Notes under the pieces: model-generated
Database searches by the model: none
The model's input: the letters and a program-made list of their open reading frames with translations, nothing else
Told to the model about the DNA's origin: nothing
NCBI RefSeq assembly: GCF_022539665.2
Contig: NC_081332.1
Coordinates: 2,728,001 to 2,792,000 of the forward strand
Source of the DNA: Daphnia carinata
Taxonomy: Eukaryota
DNA: 64,000 bases
Direction of reading: 5' to 3'
Translations under genes and position numbers: made by a program
In this document: positions 25,996 through 38,960 of the stretch, piece by piece
Layout: each line of letters opens with the position of its first letter
Position numbering within the stretch: the first letter of the stretch is position 1

Positions 25996-26774
25996 ATGGT
26001 CAGCGCCTGGTATATGGACGACTCTGATGAGGATCAGCGTTTGGATCACCAGAAAAACCCACCCCAACCGGTTGACATGAAAGATCTAGTCACGCTAACT
26101 GGAGTCCTTTACTGGAAGGTTAGTATTATTATTATTATTGTTTTCCTCTTTACAGCATGGTCAATCTTGTTGCTTTAACTCGTTTCAGCTAAACCTCGAT
26201 TCTTATGAGGAAGACGGTGTACTTGATAAAATCAAGAAAGATAGAGGTTATACCTACGAGGATGTTATCGAAATTTCACCCGAGAAATTGCCCAATTACG
26301 AAGAAAAGGTATAAGGCATCCTAACTGTCATAATTTTATTGAAAACGCTAATTTCATTTTTAAAAACAAATGATATAGTTAAAGATTTTCTTCTCGGAGC
26401 ATTTGCATACTGACGAAGAAATTCGTTTCGTATTGAGTGGATCCGGCTTCTTCGATGTGAGAGACGCCAAAAATGATAGCTGGATTCGCATCAAAGTAGA
26501 AGCTGGTGATTTACTCGTTTTGCCGGCTGGCATTTACCATCGTTTTACCCTGGATTCCTTGGTTCGTTATTGCGTCATTTGATTTTTCTCTTAGTCTCCA
26601 TTCATTCAACTTAATTCAAACGGTTTATAATTCTGTAATTTTTTTTGGACTTACCCGTAGAACTATATCAAGGCCAAGCGTTTCTTTGTTGGTGAACCAA
26701 TCTGGACACCATACAACCGACCAGCTGATGAAATGCCTGCCCGCCGTGATTATCTGGCATCCGTCCGAGCCTAA
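25996..26774 (+). CDS. ADI1: Acireductone dioxygenase (methionine salvage), exons 25996-26118, 26189-26308, 26379-26561, 26661-26774
   Basis: MVSAWYMDD start, cupin metal motif [39 protein letters not shown]; three in-frame GT-AG introns; TAA at 26772-26774. Confidence 0.95.
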
Positions 26775-29700
26775 CTGACCAAGTGATACTTATCTTTATT
26801 TTTCTATAATATCAGTAGATTTAATTAGCCCTAATTGATCATGTAATACTCTCCTTACTGCTGTTATTGACTGGTTGCTACACTGGTCTTTTATTCTCCA
26901 ATTAAAATTTGGCTCAAAAGCAACGTGTCAACCTTCTAGAATCGACGGGCATTTGATTCAATGCCAATTTTTGAGAATTGAAGGAGGTCGTAGCCAAAAA
27001 AAAACAAAATTGTGAAAGTTACATATAATTGTTGCCTGAAAAGCCGCTCTCAGCAGATTGAAAACCAGATTATTGGCTTCTCAAAATTTTGCTACTAATG
27101 GAGCGAACAAAAAAACCTTTTAGAGGTTGAAACAATTGACGTTTTATAGTAAATTTTATTTTTATTTAAAGAGTTAACAATGATTAGATACCGCCTCAAC
27201 GAATGTTTAAGTATGCAGCCTAGTTGTGCGTCGAGGTCATGAGAGCGTCCAAATACTATTACTATTTTTTATAGTTTTGGTTTTGCACGACAAGATGGCT
27301 ATCTCTCGCAAAAAGATGTACCTTGAAAGAGCTCTTGCTGCGCGTCAAACAATTCCATCAATCGTTCCAGCGGTTAGCCAAAATACCTATATCCTTTTCT
27401 AATCTTTTTGAATCAAGAATCCAACAACTTGAAGCGAAACGTGTTTCATTTTTTTTGTTCCTAACCAGACAGCTTTTTTAATGGCGGAAGTTATTGCAGG
27501 TTTAACCTACTTCCGTGAGTACAAACGCAAGTGGCAGAAAACAAAAAGTGGGAAATGCGTAACCGCTTTCTTTTCTTCATTTAGTCCTGCATTTGACGAC
27601 TAAATGCGGCCATTTTTTCTCCGTCAGGATTTCCAAACGTCTCGTAAATATCGTCTTCGAGTCTAGAAAATTTAATGAGATGCAGATAAGGTGCTTGGAA
27701 ACAATGCGATAATTACATAGAAAAGCAACACGTACATGTTTCGCTACATCAAGAGCTAAATTTGGATCCGGGATGTAGTTGACTCATCTGCATCGAAAGA
27801 TGCTGGGTTTGTTGCCGTGTGAGGGTGCAGTCAAGTCGCCAGACGCGTTCTCCTCTCCAGGTTATTCCTCCGCTTCCAAGGACGGTAATATTTTCGTGCT
27901 TTAACAAAAGAATAATACTTTCTTTTTACATTTCTGTTTTGTACACAATTTATTTCAGAGGGAATAATGACTTCAAAGTTTTTTCAACCACAGCAAGTGT
28001 TGGAAAAATGCCAGAGGGAAAATGATGTTTTCATCCAACGTATGTAATGGGAAATCTGTTGGCCGTGTGTTGCATATTTGCACCTGTTGACCGGTCGGAA
28101 AATGACATTGTAGGAGTAATGGTAACATCGTACTTTAATCTTCTGGCAACTCTATAATTTTGGTTTACAGGCCGTTGTTTAACGTTCATTGCCAAATGCC
28201 GGCCTTGGAAATCCTTTAATGTTTCGCAAAGCTTAAGCTAAGCAGTCAACAAGTATGGGCCACCGTTGGAACGATTTGCTAAGCTTCTTATAACCAGAGT
28301 TGAGTCTATTTCCTTGTCTCCAAAGTTTCCTTTCCCAAGGACGCTTTGAATGACCATTTCAAGCTAGCGGGCACCTTGGCCAGTCACACACAACCAAACA
28401 ACCTTTCCTTTTTATCTTCCAATTCGCCGTTTCTGGCATACTTAAACGAAAGTGATGGTGTGTGTTGTATTGCAACGACCTCGACAGAGACGCATGTTTT
28501 TATTAACAGAAGAGCTACGCCCAAATTTTATTTGCCTACTTTCCAGTGTATAATGATGCTGATTTAGGGAAAAGGAGAGGCTGGCAGTACCGTCCTTTCC
28601 TTTATGCGTTCATTACGAACATTTTTACATGAGAAGATGTGATCAATCGTTGGGCGTTCATGCGGCGAAACGCAAAAAAATCGAGTGAATTACGTAGAAA
28701 GTGAGAATTGAAGTTAGTGCTGACTCAACGGGAGCGCGGCAAGTACGTATTTTTATGTTCAAATAACGAGATTCTTTATTTAGAAAATTGTCGAGCAATG
28801 GGCGTCGTTCTGCATCAATTTGCCAGTTAACGTTGGAGAAAATTTCTTTCTTTGCTTTCGTCATCGTTTTCGCAGCTGCCGCATTAGCACCCCTGCTGAA
28901 ATGAATGTTTTCATCCTCCTTCCGACGCCCTTTTTCGGATTATTTGTATTTTAGAGATTCTGGAAGGTATCAAAAGAAGTGGTACAAGTGTTGTTGGCCT
29001 GCGGAGGTGAGGGGGAGGCTTCGAAAGTGGGTCATTGGCCTAACGGGGGTTCACATCGGCTGGTCTATACCAGCTGCCTGCGTCGAAGTCCCCAAGTTGA
29101 GCTCCAACTCTCGTCAAGACTCCACGTGTTTTGTGTGCGTGTACGTCATTCGTTCACGCAGTGCAGTCGAAGCTTGTTTGCTTAATCGTAGTGATACATC
29201 CGTGACATTCCGCGCATTGAATCACAAAAGAAATCGTTGACAGTAATCGGACCCAGTTCTGGTATTCCAAGACATAATTTGAGAGCCCTACTTTTGTGTT
29301 TAACCGACTGGCCTAAATTCTATCGCGTACCAATTGCTTAGTGAACTAAGATTTCGTTCGTTCAAACAATTCCCCCGTTAGAATTTCGATATTGAGGGTA
29401 CCTATTTCATGGGAGGTCGACTTGCCTTGTGTTTACATAGGAAAATGTCGTACGATAATTGAAGCCGTTTTTCAGCCTTTCAAACAGCTGACTGAGAGAA
29501 ATCGCCGAGTTTAACACAGAGAGTGAAAGTCATGCGAGTGTGTACAGGGAGTGGAAGAGGCCAGTGAAAAGTGAAAGAGTCGAGTTTCCTTTAATTCAAT
29601 TCTTGCGCAGACACACGCACCCACTCACACTCCGAAAAAGGTGGCGAGAATTTTAATATAGAAGCGACAGGCGAACTTTTGGCTGGCCTTGACTCTGCCC

Positions 29701-29783
29701 ACATTTCGTTTTCTACTGAACAGACGTCTTTTATTCTCCCACAATCAGCAAGTGACTCGGGAAAAATCTCACCACCATCAAGA

Positions 29784-32700
29784 ATGTCTTCCCGGATCCT
29801 CTTCCTGCTACCCTTTTTGTTTTTACTTCACTTACAAGTTTCTTATTGCGTTTACATTCCACCGGGACCCAAATATCCGTGTCCGCAAGAACCAAGGCTT
29901 ATCTATCCATGCGTCTGCATCCGAGGTGCTGACACTGGTCTGGTACGTAAAATAATTCATACTTAAATAAAAAATACTAACCCTTTTTAATCAAATCTTG
30001 AAAATATTCGCAGGTGATACATTGCAATCGAACTAATTTGGCTACATTGTCTGTTGGAATCAATAACGCCCGAGCACCAATTGATGAGCTACTTATCTCA
30101 CATTCTCGCATTACTCGGTATGATAATTATTTCCTTCACTTTTAGCTGGTGTCATTTCTATGATGTTGAACCAAGGTTGTACGGGCCATTGTTCCATAAC
30201 ATCGAGATTCGTCGACTCGCCATCATTGACACGCCTCTGAGTTATATAGAAGATGACGTCTTCCTTGGCGTATCCAACTCAACGCTCGTCATGCTTAACC
30301 TCACGCGGACGGAGCTGGTAGAAATACCCGAGGGTCTAAAAAAGCTCTCGTCTTTGACCGTTTTGCGAGTGGATCAAAGCAAACTTGATAACGTTTCTAG
30401 TCGAGCGTTTGCCGGCCTTCATTTGGAAGAGTTGCGTTTGATAAACGCAAACATCTCGCAACTGATGCCAGAGGCTTTTGCCGGCCTCGACAAGTTGAAG
30501 ATGCTCGACTTGCACGGCAATCAATTGAAAGATATACCTAAAGGTATCTTCCAGCCTCTGCGCAACTTGGAAGTCCTCGACGTCGGTCACAACTTCCTGT
30601 CGAAATTACAACCGACCTACTTCTCCGATCTCGCTAAGCTTATCAACGTTAACGTGTCACACAACGGACTGACTGAATATCCTCGCGGAGTCTTTGCACG
30701 CAACACGGTAATAAAAAACAATCGCCCTTACTGAATTTGATGTTTTATTTCAAAACTCGTTCTCTGTTTCAGGTGTTGCGAGTAATTAATATGAGTGGGA
30801 ATAAGATTCAAAAATTGGATTCCAATTCGTTCCGCGGAATGCGCTTCCTCCGTCGACTTTACCTCAGTGACAACCGCATTACCGATATTGGCAGAGGAAC
30901 ATTCGGCGCCGTTACTCGTATCGGCACCATCGATTTAGCGCGCAATCTACTGACAAAAATCGATTTTCAAATGTTTCACGAACTGAACCTTTGCGAGCAT
31001 ATCGACGTGTCCGACAATCAAATCACCCGCATCGAGAAAGCCGCCTTTAAAGACATTTATTTGGCCCGAGTCAACATTAGCTACAACCAGCTGGAGTTGG
31101 TGGAGGCGGGCGCTTTCGTCAACTGTGCCAATTTGACTCTGCTGGATTTTTCGCATAACAAGTTGACCGGATTTTCGCGCACTGCTTTCGATTCCACAAC
31201 GTATCCGTTTGAACTACGTCTCGATTTCAACCAAATCACCAATCTTTCACATGTTCCTTTTGAATTCATGACGGGCATCGCGATATTGAACGTCAGCTAC
31301 AACCAATTGCAGGTGGTACCGAAGAGGACGTTTCCCAAGTTATACGAGCTCCACACTGTCGATTTTTCGCACAATGAGCTGACTGAAATTGACGGCGCGA
31401 CAATGTCCAACTTGTTTACTCTGCGCCACTTAAACCTCAGCCATAACAACATGGGATCGCTGAGTGGCTCATCCATTGGTAACATGCCAACATTGATTGA
31501 ATTGGATTTCAGTCACAATCAAGTGAAAGAGGTAGCTAGAAGCGCATTTACTCGCCTTTCATCCATCCGTTGGCTCTCCTTGGAACATAATTTCATTTCC
31601 AACATCTTCACGTTGCCTATTTCATTGCTGGAACTCAACTTGGCCAACAACCGTGTGTCGAAAATCCCCGCCAACCGCATTTGGCCGGTAATGAATTCAC
31701 TGCTCTCACTGGATCTGAGTAACAACGAAATTGGCGATAACCTTGAGTCGGGTAGTTTCGCCAATCTCATCAGTTTGCAAAAACTTGATTTGAGAAATAA
31801 CTCGATTCGGACCATACCTTATCAAGCGCTCGCCGACTTGAATACTATTCAGTACATCTTCCTCGATTTTAACAACATAACCGAGTTGAACCGTGGCGCG
31901 TTTGGCCGTCTTCCCATTGTCTTCCAATTAGGTCTGAGTCACAACAACATTAGCCAAGTCAGCGAGAAAGCCTTTGAAGGGCTTCTCCAACTCCTTCACC
32001 TCAACATGAGCTTCAACGCCATCTCTTCCATACCAACGGGAGCTTTCCACGGATTGGTATCGTTGAGAACGCTAGATCTCTCATATAACAACATAGAAAG
32101 GCTGGACAATAAAACACACTCGTTGTTGGAAGATTGTCTCTCTCTTGAAAGGGTATACTTTTTTTTATTTAAATATGTTTAATAGAAAAAAACATTTACT
32201 GATGATTAAATAATTACCTTTAAAAAAATAGATCAACTTGACACACAATCAGATATCATTCATATCGCCCAAAACGTTTCCTGAGAGTCCGTGGATTCCA
32301 TATCGGTTGTCTGAAATTGACTTATCGTTCAATCAGATGCCCGTTCTATCTAAAGAAATCCTCATCGGAACAAAAAAAGTTCGCCAACTTAATCTTAGAG
32401 GAAATATGCTGAATGAAATTCGAAAAGGTACAGACAATACTATACATTTCATTTGACATTTTTTAAATCGTGTATTTCTTTAATTACAGGTGTACTTACG
32501 AACATGACCAGCTTGGAATCACTTGATTTAGCCTACAACGGTCTAACGCATTTAATGAAAGGCTTGCTGGGCCCGTTGCCTAATCTGACTCAATTGGATT
32601 TAAGTCATAACTTAATGATTGATATTCCTATTGACGAAATCGTTGCTTCGCCTCGGCTCAAAATAGTCAACCTGCGCTCCAATCGCCTGACGCGCTTTTA

Positions 32701-33352
32701 CGACGAATTCATGCCGTTGATAGAGAACAATTCGACACAAGTCTTTATGGAAGGCAATCCAATTGCCTGCGACTGCCGACTGAGGCCACTGCAGTTTTGG
32801 CTGAGTGGCATCGATCTACGAGACGATAACCCTTGGAGTCAAACTCTATGCCAAGAACCGCATTTGCTGGCCGGCCAGACTTTGGCATCCGTTGACGACG
32901 AATCACTGACGTGTGGTCGCAGCGTGAATAACAAGGCCAACTACGCCATCGTCAAAGATGTCGTTTTTCGTGAGGTAACGAGTCTAGGCTCATCCATCAT
33001 GTACAGCTGGTACGTGCAAACGCGACAAGACGTGGGTGATTTTGCTGTTGAAGTCCGTCCCCTGTTGAAAGAACCGCAGCAGCCGGGTCAACCAGATCTG
33101 GTCAGTCCTCCAGTCATTTCAAAAGACGTAGGCTACGGTTTGCGTTCAGATCAAATCGATGGTATCGATCGACCTAGCCAATATGTCGTATGTATTAGAG
33201 CTCGAGACAGCTTGGGCTACCTCCGACCTTGGAAACCCAATCAGTGCCAACCGGTAATTAGTAACCATGCTTCAAAGGCGACTATGTTTCATTTTGGATC
33301 TTTCTTTTTCCTCGCCGCGGCGATTCACGTTTTCCTCGGCATTGCCCGTTGA
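29784..33352 (+). CDS. conv: Extracellular leucine-rich-repeat protein, convoluted / acid-labile-subunit-like; 6 exons (about 29784-29942, 30014-30117, 30176-30707, 30773-32152, 32232-32427, 32490-33352)
   Basis: Signal peptide (MSSRILFLLPFLFLLHLQVSYC), N-cap YIPPGPKYPCP...YPCVC resembling recalled Drosophila convoluted, many LxxLxLxxNxI repeats, LRRCT GNPIACDCRL, FN3-like segment, hydrophobic C-terminus. Confidence 0.8.
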
Positions 33353-34416
33353 CATTTCCCATTACCTTGAAGTGCCCACACAACTCGAAATGATGAGCCT
33401 GTTTCGATGCCAAGGTCTTGGTTTTGTGATAATAATTATTATACAAGCTGCACTCGTGTTATTGTTTTCCCCTATGCTTTCGTTTTCACACGAAAAACTA
33501 CTTATCATCATAGCATATATATATGACTTACGTCGTCGTTATACGTGGGCTATGACTGTACGAATTTGATTGGAGATACACTGTTGTATTGTCGTTGTTT
33601 GCTAAAAATATTTTAAAAAAAAGAAAGTCATTCTGCTACGCGTGTTGTACCTTATGAAATATTACTTTGAAAAGCAAACGCTATCCCATAAATTGCCGTT
33701 AGCGATAGTCCCCCAACAAAGAACACGTGAAACCCTTGTACTTGGTCCCTGAAAGTGCGTGACGTTTTAAAAAACTATTACATGTCGTCATTTTTATTTC
33801 CCTTTCTTTTTCTACTGCTATGGTTCTTTTTGTAACGATCCAACTATGTAGGGGACTGTCGTTCGATCGATTGCTACGCACACCCAACCACATCCGTCCC
33901 GTACTATTGACTGTTGTTCATTCATTATAAAATATTGTGCGCAATGTTGGTAAGAAGCGCAACGCTATAAAAGTAGGTCGAAGCTCGTCTAATCTTATGA
34001 TCAACTATTGTAATTGAATTACCATCATCAAGCGTGATGGCTTAGCAGAACGGTGTTACTCAACACGGTTTAATCTATTCGTGGCCTCTTGAGATGGCAA
34101 TCAACTTGCCCATGCTGCGAGTTTCCAAAATAAGATTCAACGAAAACAAAGAGAAATCGTGTTTTATGGTGACCAACGAACGAAAATAAAAAAAAATAAA
34201 TAAAAAAAAATACATGTTTAATTCATGGCTCACAAGGAGTGAACTCCCCCAGAAAAGGAAAAGCCCCAACGGTTATTTAGGGGAAAAGAACCACAAGGTT
34301 TCGTGTCGATAGTCATCTCGCCACACAGTCATCGACGATGTTTAAAAGACCGATATGTACCTCCTACCAGCAACGATAACATACCCCCAAAAGTGGTAGA
34401 CTTTTAAAACATGTAC

Positions 34417-34430
34417 GTTACCATGGTAAC
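34417..34430. promoter_or_regulatory. RFX X-box upstream of TTLL5
   Basis: GTTACCATGGTAAC, a perfect palindrome fitting the X-box consensus GTNRCC-N0-3-RGYAAC; about 25 nt before an Inr-like TCAGTT (34454) and about 210 nt before the ATG. Confidence 0.7.
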
Positions 34431-34643
34431 AGCGTACAAAATTTCTTTTCCCTTCAGTTTCTGACAGGCAAAGGTGGAGACAAGTCGTGAGTGAAAACAT
34501 GGCCCTGCTGCAACTCATTCTTTAGAATTTTTTTTTTTTTACTAGACTCTCTAACTCGTTTGTTTCGGAGTTTCCTATCCAGTTTGAGTATATCAAGTCG
34601 TTTCCTACATGTCTCCAGCTTTAGTCAGTTGTTGATAATTATT

Positions 34644-37600
34644 ATGGCTTCTGCAGCTCCTGTCAACAATAATAACGAAACCGAAGATCCAGGGTAAGCG
34701 ACACGTTTTCTTTCTCTCTCTTTTTTTTCTAAATTGACTGTTGAGAAGTCAGTTTGTTATATTTTCTGCATAAAGGGAGGATTTACACTTACTAGAGAAC
34801 TGGCTAATCCAGATAGAGTCAGGAAGAAAACCTCCTGTTGCCAAGTTTAGGCCAAGTGTTTTGTCAGGGACGCCACCTTTCCAGGTACCAAGAGATCTGT
34901 TGGTTGAAGACGTTTAGATAGGCTAAATGTTTCTTTTAATAAATATTAAAGGCTGGTAAAGCTTTGAATTTAACTTTCCGAACTGCTCAAAGTGACACAT
35001 GGCTGGTCAGTGCACTATTAGCTTCACATGGCCTAGGAGAGGTATCACAAACGTGCAATGACTTCAACCTCCTTTGGACTGGGTCCCACCCCAGGCCACA
35101 CACATTCTCCTCACTTCGCTCATACCAGAGAGTCAACCACTTTCCACGTTCATATGAACTGACAAGAAAGGACAGGTTGTACAAAAATGTAGCAAGGCTT
35201 CAGCACTGTCATGGGTCAAAGCACTTTGATTTCCTTCCACCCAGCTTTGTCATGCCAAATGAATACAGGTAGCACTGTAAAGCACAAAATGAAATGACCG
35301 GTCAAATACTAAATTGGTTACTTGATATTGGTTTTCAAGGGATTTCTGGTCAGCTCATCATAGATTGCATGGGCCCTGGATAGTCAAACCGGTTGCCTCG
35401 TCTCGAGGTCGTGGAATCTATTTAGTTAGTAAGGTAAATTTTCTTCTTTTTAGCTATACCTATAGGGTGATAACGTTTCCGTGTGATTACCTAGCCTGAT
35501 GAAGTCCCAATGGAGGAATCTGTGCTCATATCCAAGTACATTGCAAATCCGTTGCTGGTCGATGGCCATAAGGTAAAGGCCTTTCAACTTTTTTGCGTTT
35601 AATATTTCAGTTTTAGCTTAACGAAATGTTTAATTTAGTGCGATTTACGTCTGTACGTTGCTGTAACTTCTTACGATCCGCTCGTCATTTACTTGTACCG
35701 ACACGGAATCGTCCGTTTCGCCGCAGTGAAGTATACGGCTGATCAAAGCAGTCTGGACAACCCCTGCATCCACTTGTGCAACTACAGCATCAATAAGTAT
35801 CACGCCGACTTTGTAGTGTAAGTAGCATGTTTATTATCAGGGTATATTACCTGTAATCACACTTAACTGTTGCCTTTTGCAGTTCTGAGGATCCCAGTGT
35901 AGAAGATGTCGGTCATAAACGATCGCTAACAGGATTTCTGAAATACCTGCGAGCTCAGGTGTGTCCGTAAATCTATCTAAATCCGTTTAGCCACATCTGT
36001 TACAAGCTATTTGTATTAACAGGGAAAAGACGTATCTCGCCTGATGCGCCGGATCGAAGACGTATGCATCAAAGCTATTATGGCAGCTACCCCTCCAGTT
36101 GTTGCAGCTTGCAAAATGTTTGTCCCTCACCGAAACAATTGCTTTGGTAATCTATAAATTATTAGAATATTTTTGCCGAATTCATTTTGCCAACTAATTC
36201 TTTTGCCGGCTGTTGTAGAGTTGTACGGCTTTGATATTCTCGTCGATGCGGATTTGAAACCGTGGTTATTGGAGGTGAACTTGTCACCTTCGCTTGGCTG
36301 TGATTCGCAATTGGATCTGCGCGTTAAATCAGCCATGTTATCCGATTTATTGACGCTTGTAGGCATCCCTGCAGTGGATCCTACCACCACGCCAACCACC
36401 CCTGGATCAATTGCTTCGCAAAGGCAAGGTCGAGCGAAGACAGCGCCCACATCCACTGAACGCAATCAATATCGGAGGGCACAATCAGCTGACACTGGAC
36501 CACGGACACGCCTTCACCAGTCCCGCGTCGTCAAATTGACGGGTAGCGCGTCGACCCTCACTGCGGAAGAGTCACGCATATTAACGCAATTGCGTGATGA
36601 TTACGAACGACGTGGTGATTTCAACCGCATTTTTCCAACCGAGGATTCCTGGTCACTTTATGGTGACTTTATTGAGACTCTTTGCTCATCGCCGGCTCTG
36701 GCTTCTCCTGGAGTTAACTTTAATCGAATGGTCCACGATCGACTCTTCCCGCTGATCAGCAACAATCGAAACAATTCAGCAACAGTTGCTTCAGTTGCAG
36801 CGGCTGCATCAGCAGCTGCTGCTGCTGCAGTTGCCGCTTCAAATTCCACATCGAGTGTGTCTTGCGACTCAACCGCTTCCACTGCTACGAGTCTCTCTGC
36901 TTTAAATTCTGCCAAACTTCCCCCCAAAGTCCCCAAGAAAATGCTTCGACCGGCGACAAGATCGAACCCAGCCGCAGGAACTTCTGCGCGGTTTAGTAGC
37001 TCGAATTGGGCACATCCCAACTGGCGTTCCTTAAACGAAGAATCTGATGCTGAGTCTACTACCTCGTTTTACGAAGATGCGGTTCTTCAATCACTTACCA
37101 TAGACAACCGTCGACCAGGTACTTTGTGCGATACGAAAAAATAGCGATTGCACAGTAACACAAAATATATATTTATCCTTGTACATTACAACTAGGAATG
37201 ATTCGGGGAATTAAAAAAGCTCCGGCCGTTGAAGATTCCCCAACGAGAATCAAGAAAGAAATCCATGATCAGCTGTCAAATCAATACATCCTGAGGTAAT
37301 TAGCGTACTCATATGATAGTTCTATGACAATTTCGCTTTTTATTTTTACAATTTTAGTCAGGAGCAGAGCCGTCGAGGTTTTTCGCGTTATTTGCGCTTT
37401 GTGCAGCAACGGTTACCTGGTCTCGAAAATTCTACAGATTGCGTAAACCAACTGGATCTGATTGAGCGTTTCTTACAACGGCTGGGATCTGCTGGGCGTC
37501 TCCGTTCCGCATCCCCGTCTCCAAAGGTATTTGATTAAAATTCAAACCAGTTGTAGTTTTCTTGAAGTTGTAACCGCCTTCATTCGACAGAATCCTGTAA

Positions 37601-38221
37601 AGAAATTGACAGGTAGTGATCGCGTGGCTTGTCTGGCAAGTAAACTGGGCGAATTTCTTGATCGCTATGAACAATCAAGTAGTCATCATCATGGCGATTG
37701 TGAAGGTGACCTCAAAGAGCTTAAGGTGGTGTCTTCGCCCGTGTTTGACGACTTTCTTGAACTTGCAAGGTTGGTTTAGCTTTCACTTAAAGTATTGCTT
37801 AATGATCGTCATCAATCAAGTATAATTTGTTTGCAGTGAAAAGGAAATTGAAGAAGTCCTCTGTCAGCATTCCAAAAATGCACCCTGTTCACACTTTCTG
37901 TCGGGCCGTTGTTATCCACGCTCCCATCGCTCAAATAGCGACAGCGTTCGCAATGCTAATTTAGGGTTGCTCCGTGAAGCATGTTGTCTGACTTCATCTT
38001 CTTCGCCGGGCATCTCTTCGACAGTGGGTGTTCGATTGAATAGTAGTCGCGTAAATAGTCAGAAAACGAAAGAAGAGAAAGTCGATTTATCCGGTCGGAG
38101 CAATGTCGTCGTCAGCTTCGATTTACGATGCGCCAGTAACCGTCGACAACTCACCCCTGCCAATAACGCTCTCAGGCCTCTTACTCGATCAAGTATACTC
38201 AAAAGAGAAAAATCTATGTAA
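34644..38221 (+). CDS. TTLL5: Tubulin polyglutamylase TTLL5-like, about 13 exons
   Basis: TTL domain motifs: QRVNHFPRSYELTRKDRL, WIVKPVASSRGRGI, KCDLRLYVAVTSYDPL, HLCNYSINK, ELYGFDILVDADLKPWLLEVNLSPSL; downstream RRGDFNRIFP and FLELASEKEIEEVL as in TTLL5. Short GT-AG introns join the frames. Confidence 0.88.
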
Positions 38222-38960
38222 CGTCTCCCTCTTACGTGTCATAAGGCTCCATTTCTTTGATTGCCTTCGTTGGGTGGTTTTGCGGAAAAGCCAGAGTTTA
38301 AATGTTAGCGCCAGTTTTAATTTTAGTTATATTTATATTAATATTTTTACTATTACTATTATTATTTATTTTTTTTTTTTTTGCGAAAGCATTAATCACA
38401 AAGCGGTCGCATTTATCGATTTTACCCAAAGAGGCAACTACCAGTCCCACCTATTTTGAAAAGAGAATAGGAGCTACTTGTTTGGTTTTATGTTAAACGA
38501 GCTTAATGAGAATTCTCGACAACGATATTTACTAGAACGTTCAATTCACTGATCGTCTTTGAATTTGGAACAATTCTTTGAATAAGCCATGTAAGATACA
38601 ACCAGCGCATAGAGCAATTATTCAGTTATTAGTAAATTAGATTTTTGTCTTTTGCTTCTAGCTTAGCCAAGTGAGTACTAGACGTACTTACGCCAATAAT
38701 GTGTTCAATTAACGTATATTTCGTGCCTGCCTAAGGATGGAAATGAGTGCAGTCTTGTTACAAAATGCTGTTGCATACTTCCTCAGTAGGCAAGCGGCTG
38801 TCTGGTATTTTGTAATTCTCTCGGCGTTTACCCATACTATACATAGTAGGTTTTTTTCTTTTTTCTTCCCAAGATTGTACTACCCTCCCTTTCATATACG
38901 GCCCTTTTAGAAAGTGCAATAATACAACGAACATGATGCGCCAACTTCAGTGAAATGCAT

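Noticed and set aside
26775..29780. 3-kb gap with short ORFs as a possible hidden gene or transposon
   Set aside because: No recognisable domain, terminal repeats or consistent exon chain; more likely the upstream region and 5' UTR exons of convoluted.
30336..31927. Antisense ORFs over the LRR gene, and likewise 19404-19904 over ETHR
   Set aside because: Shadow frames of real coding sequence with no independent evidence.
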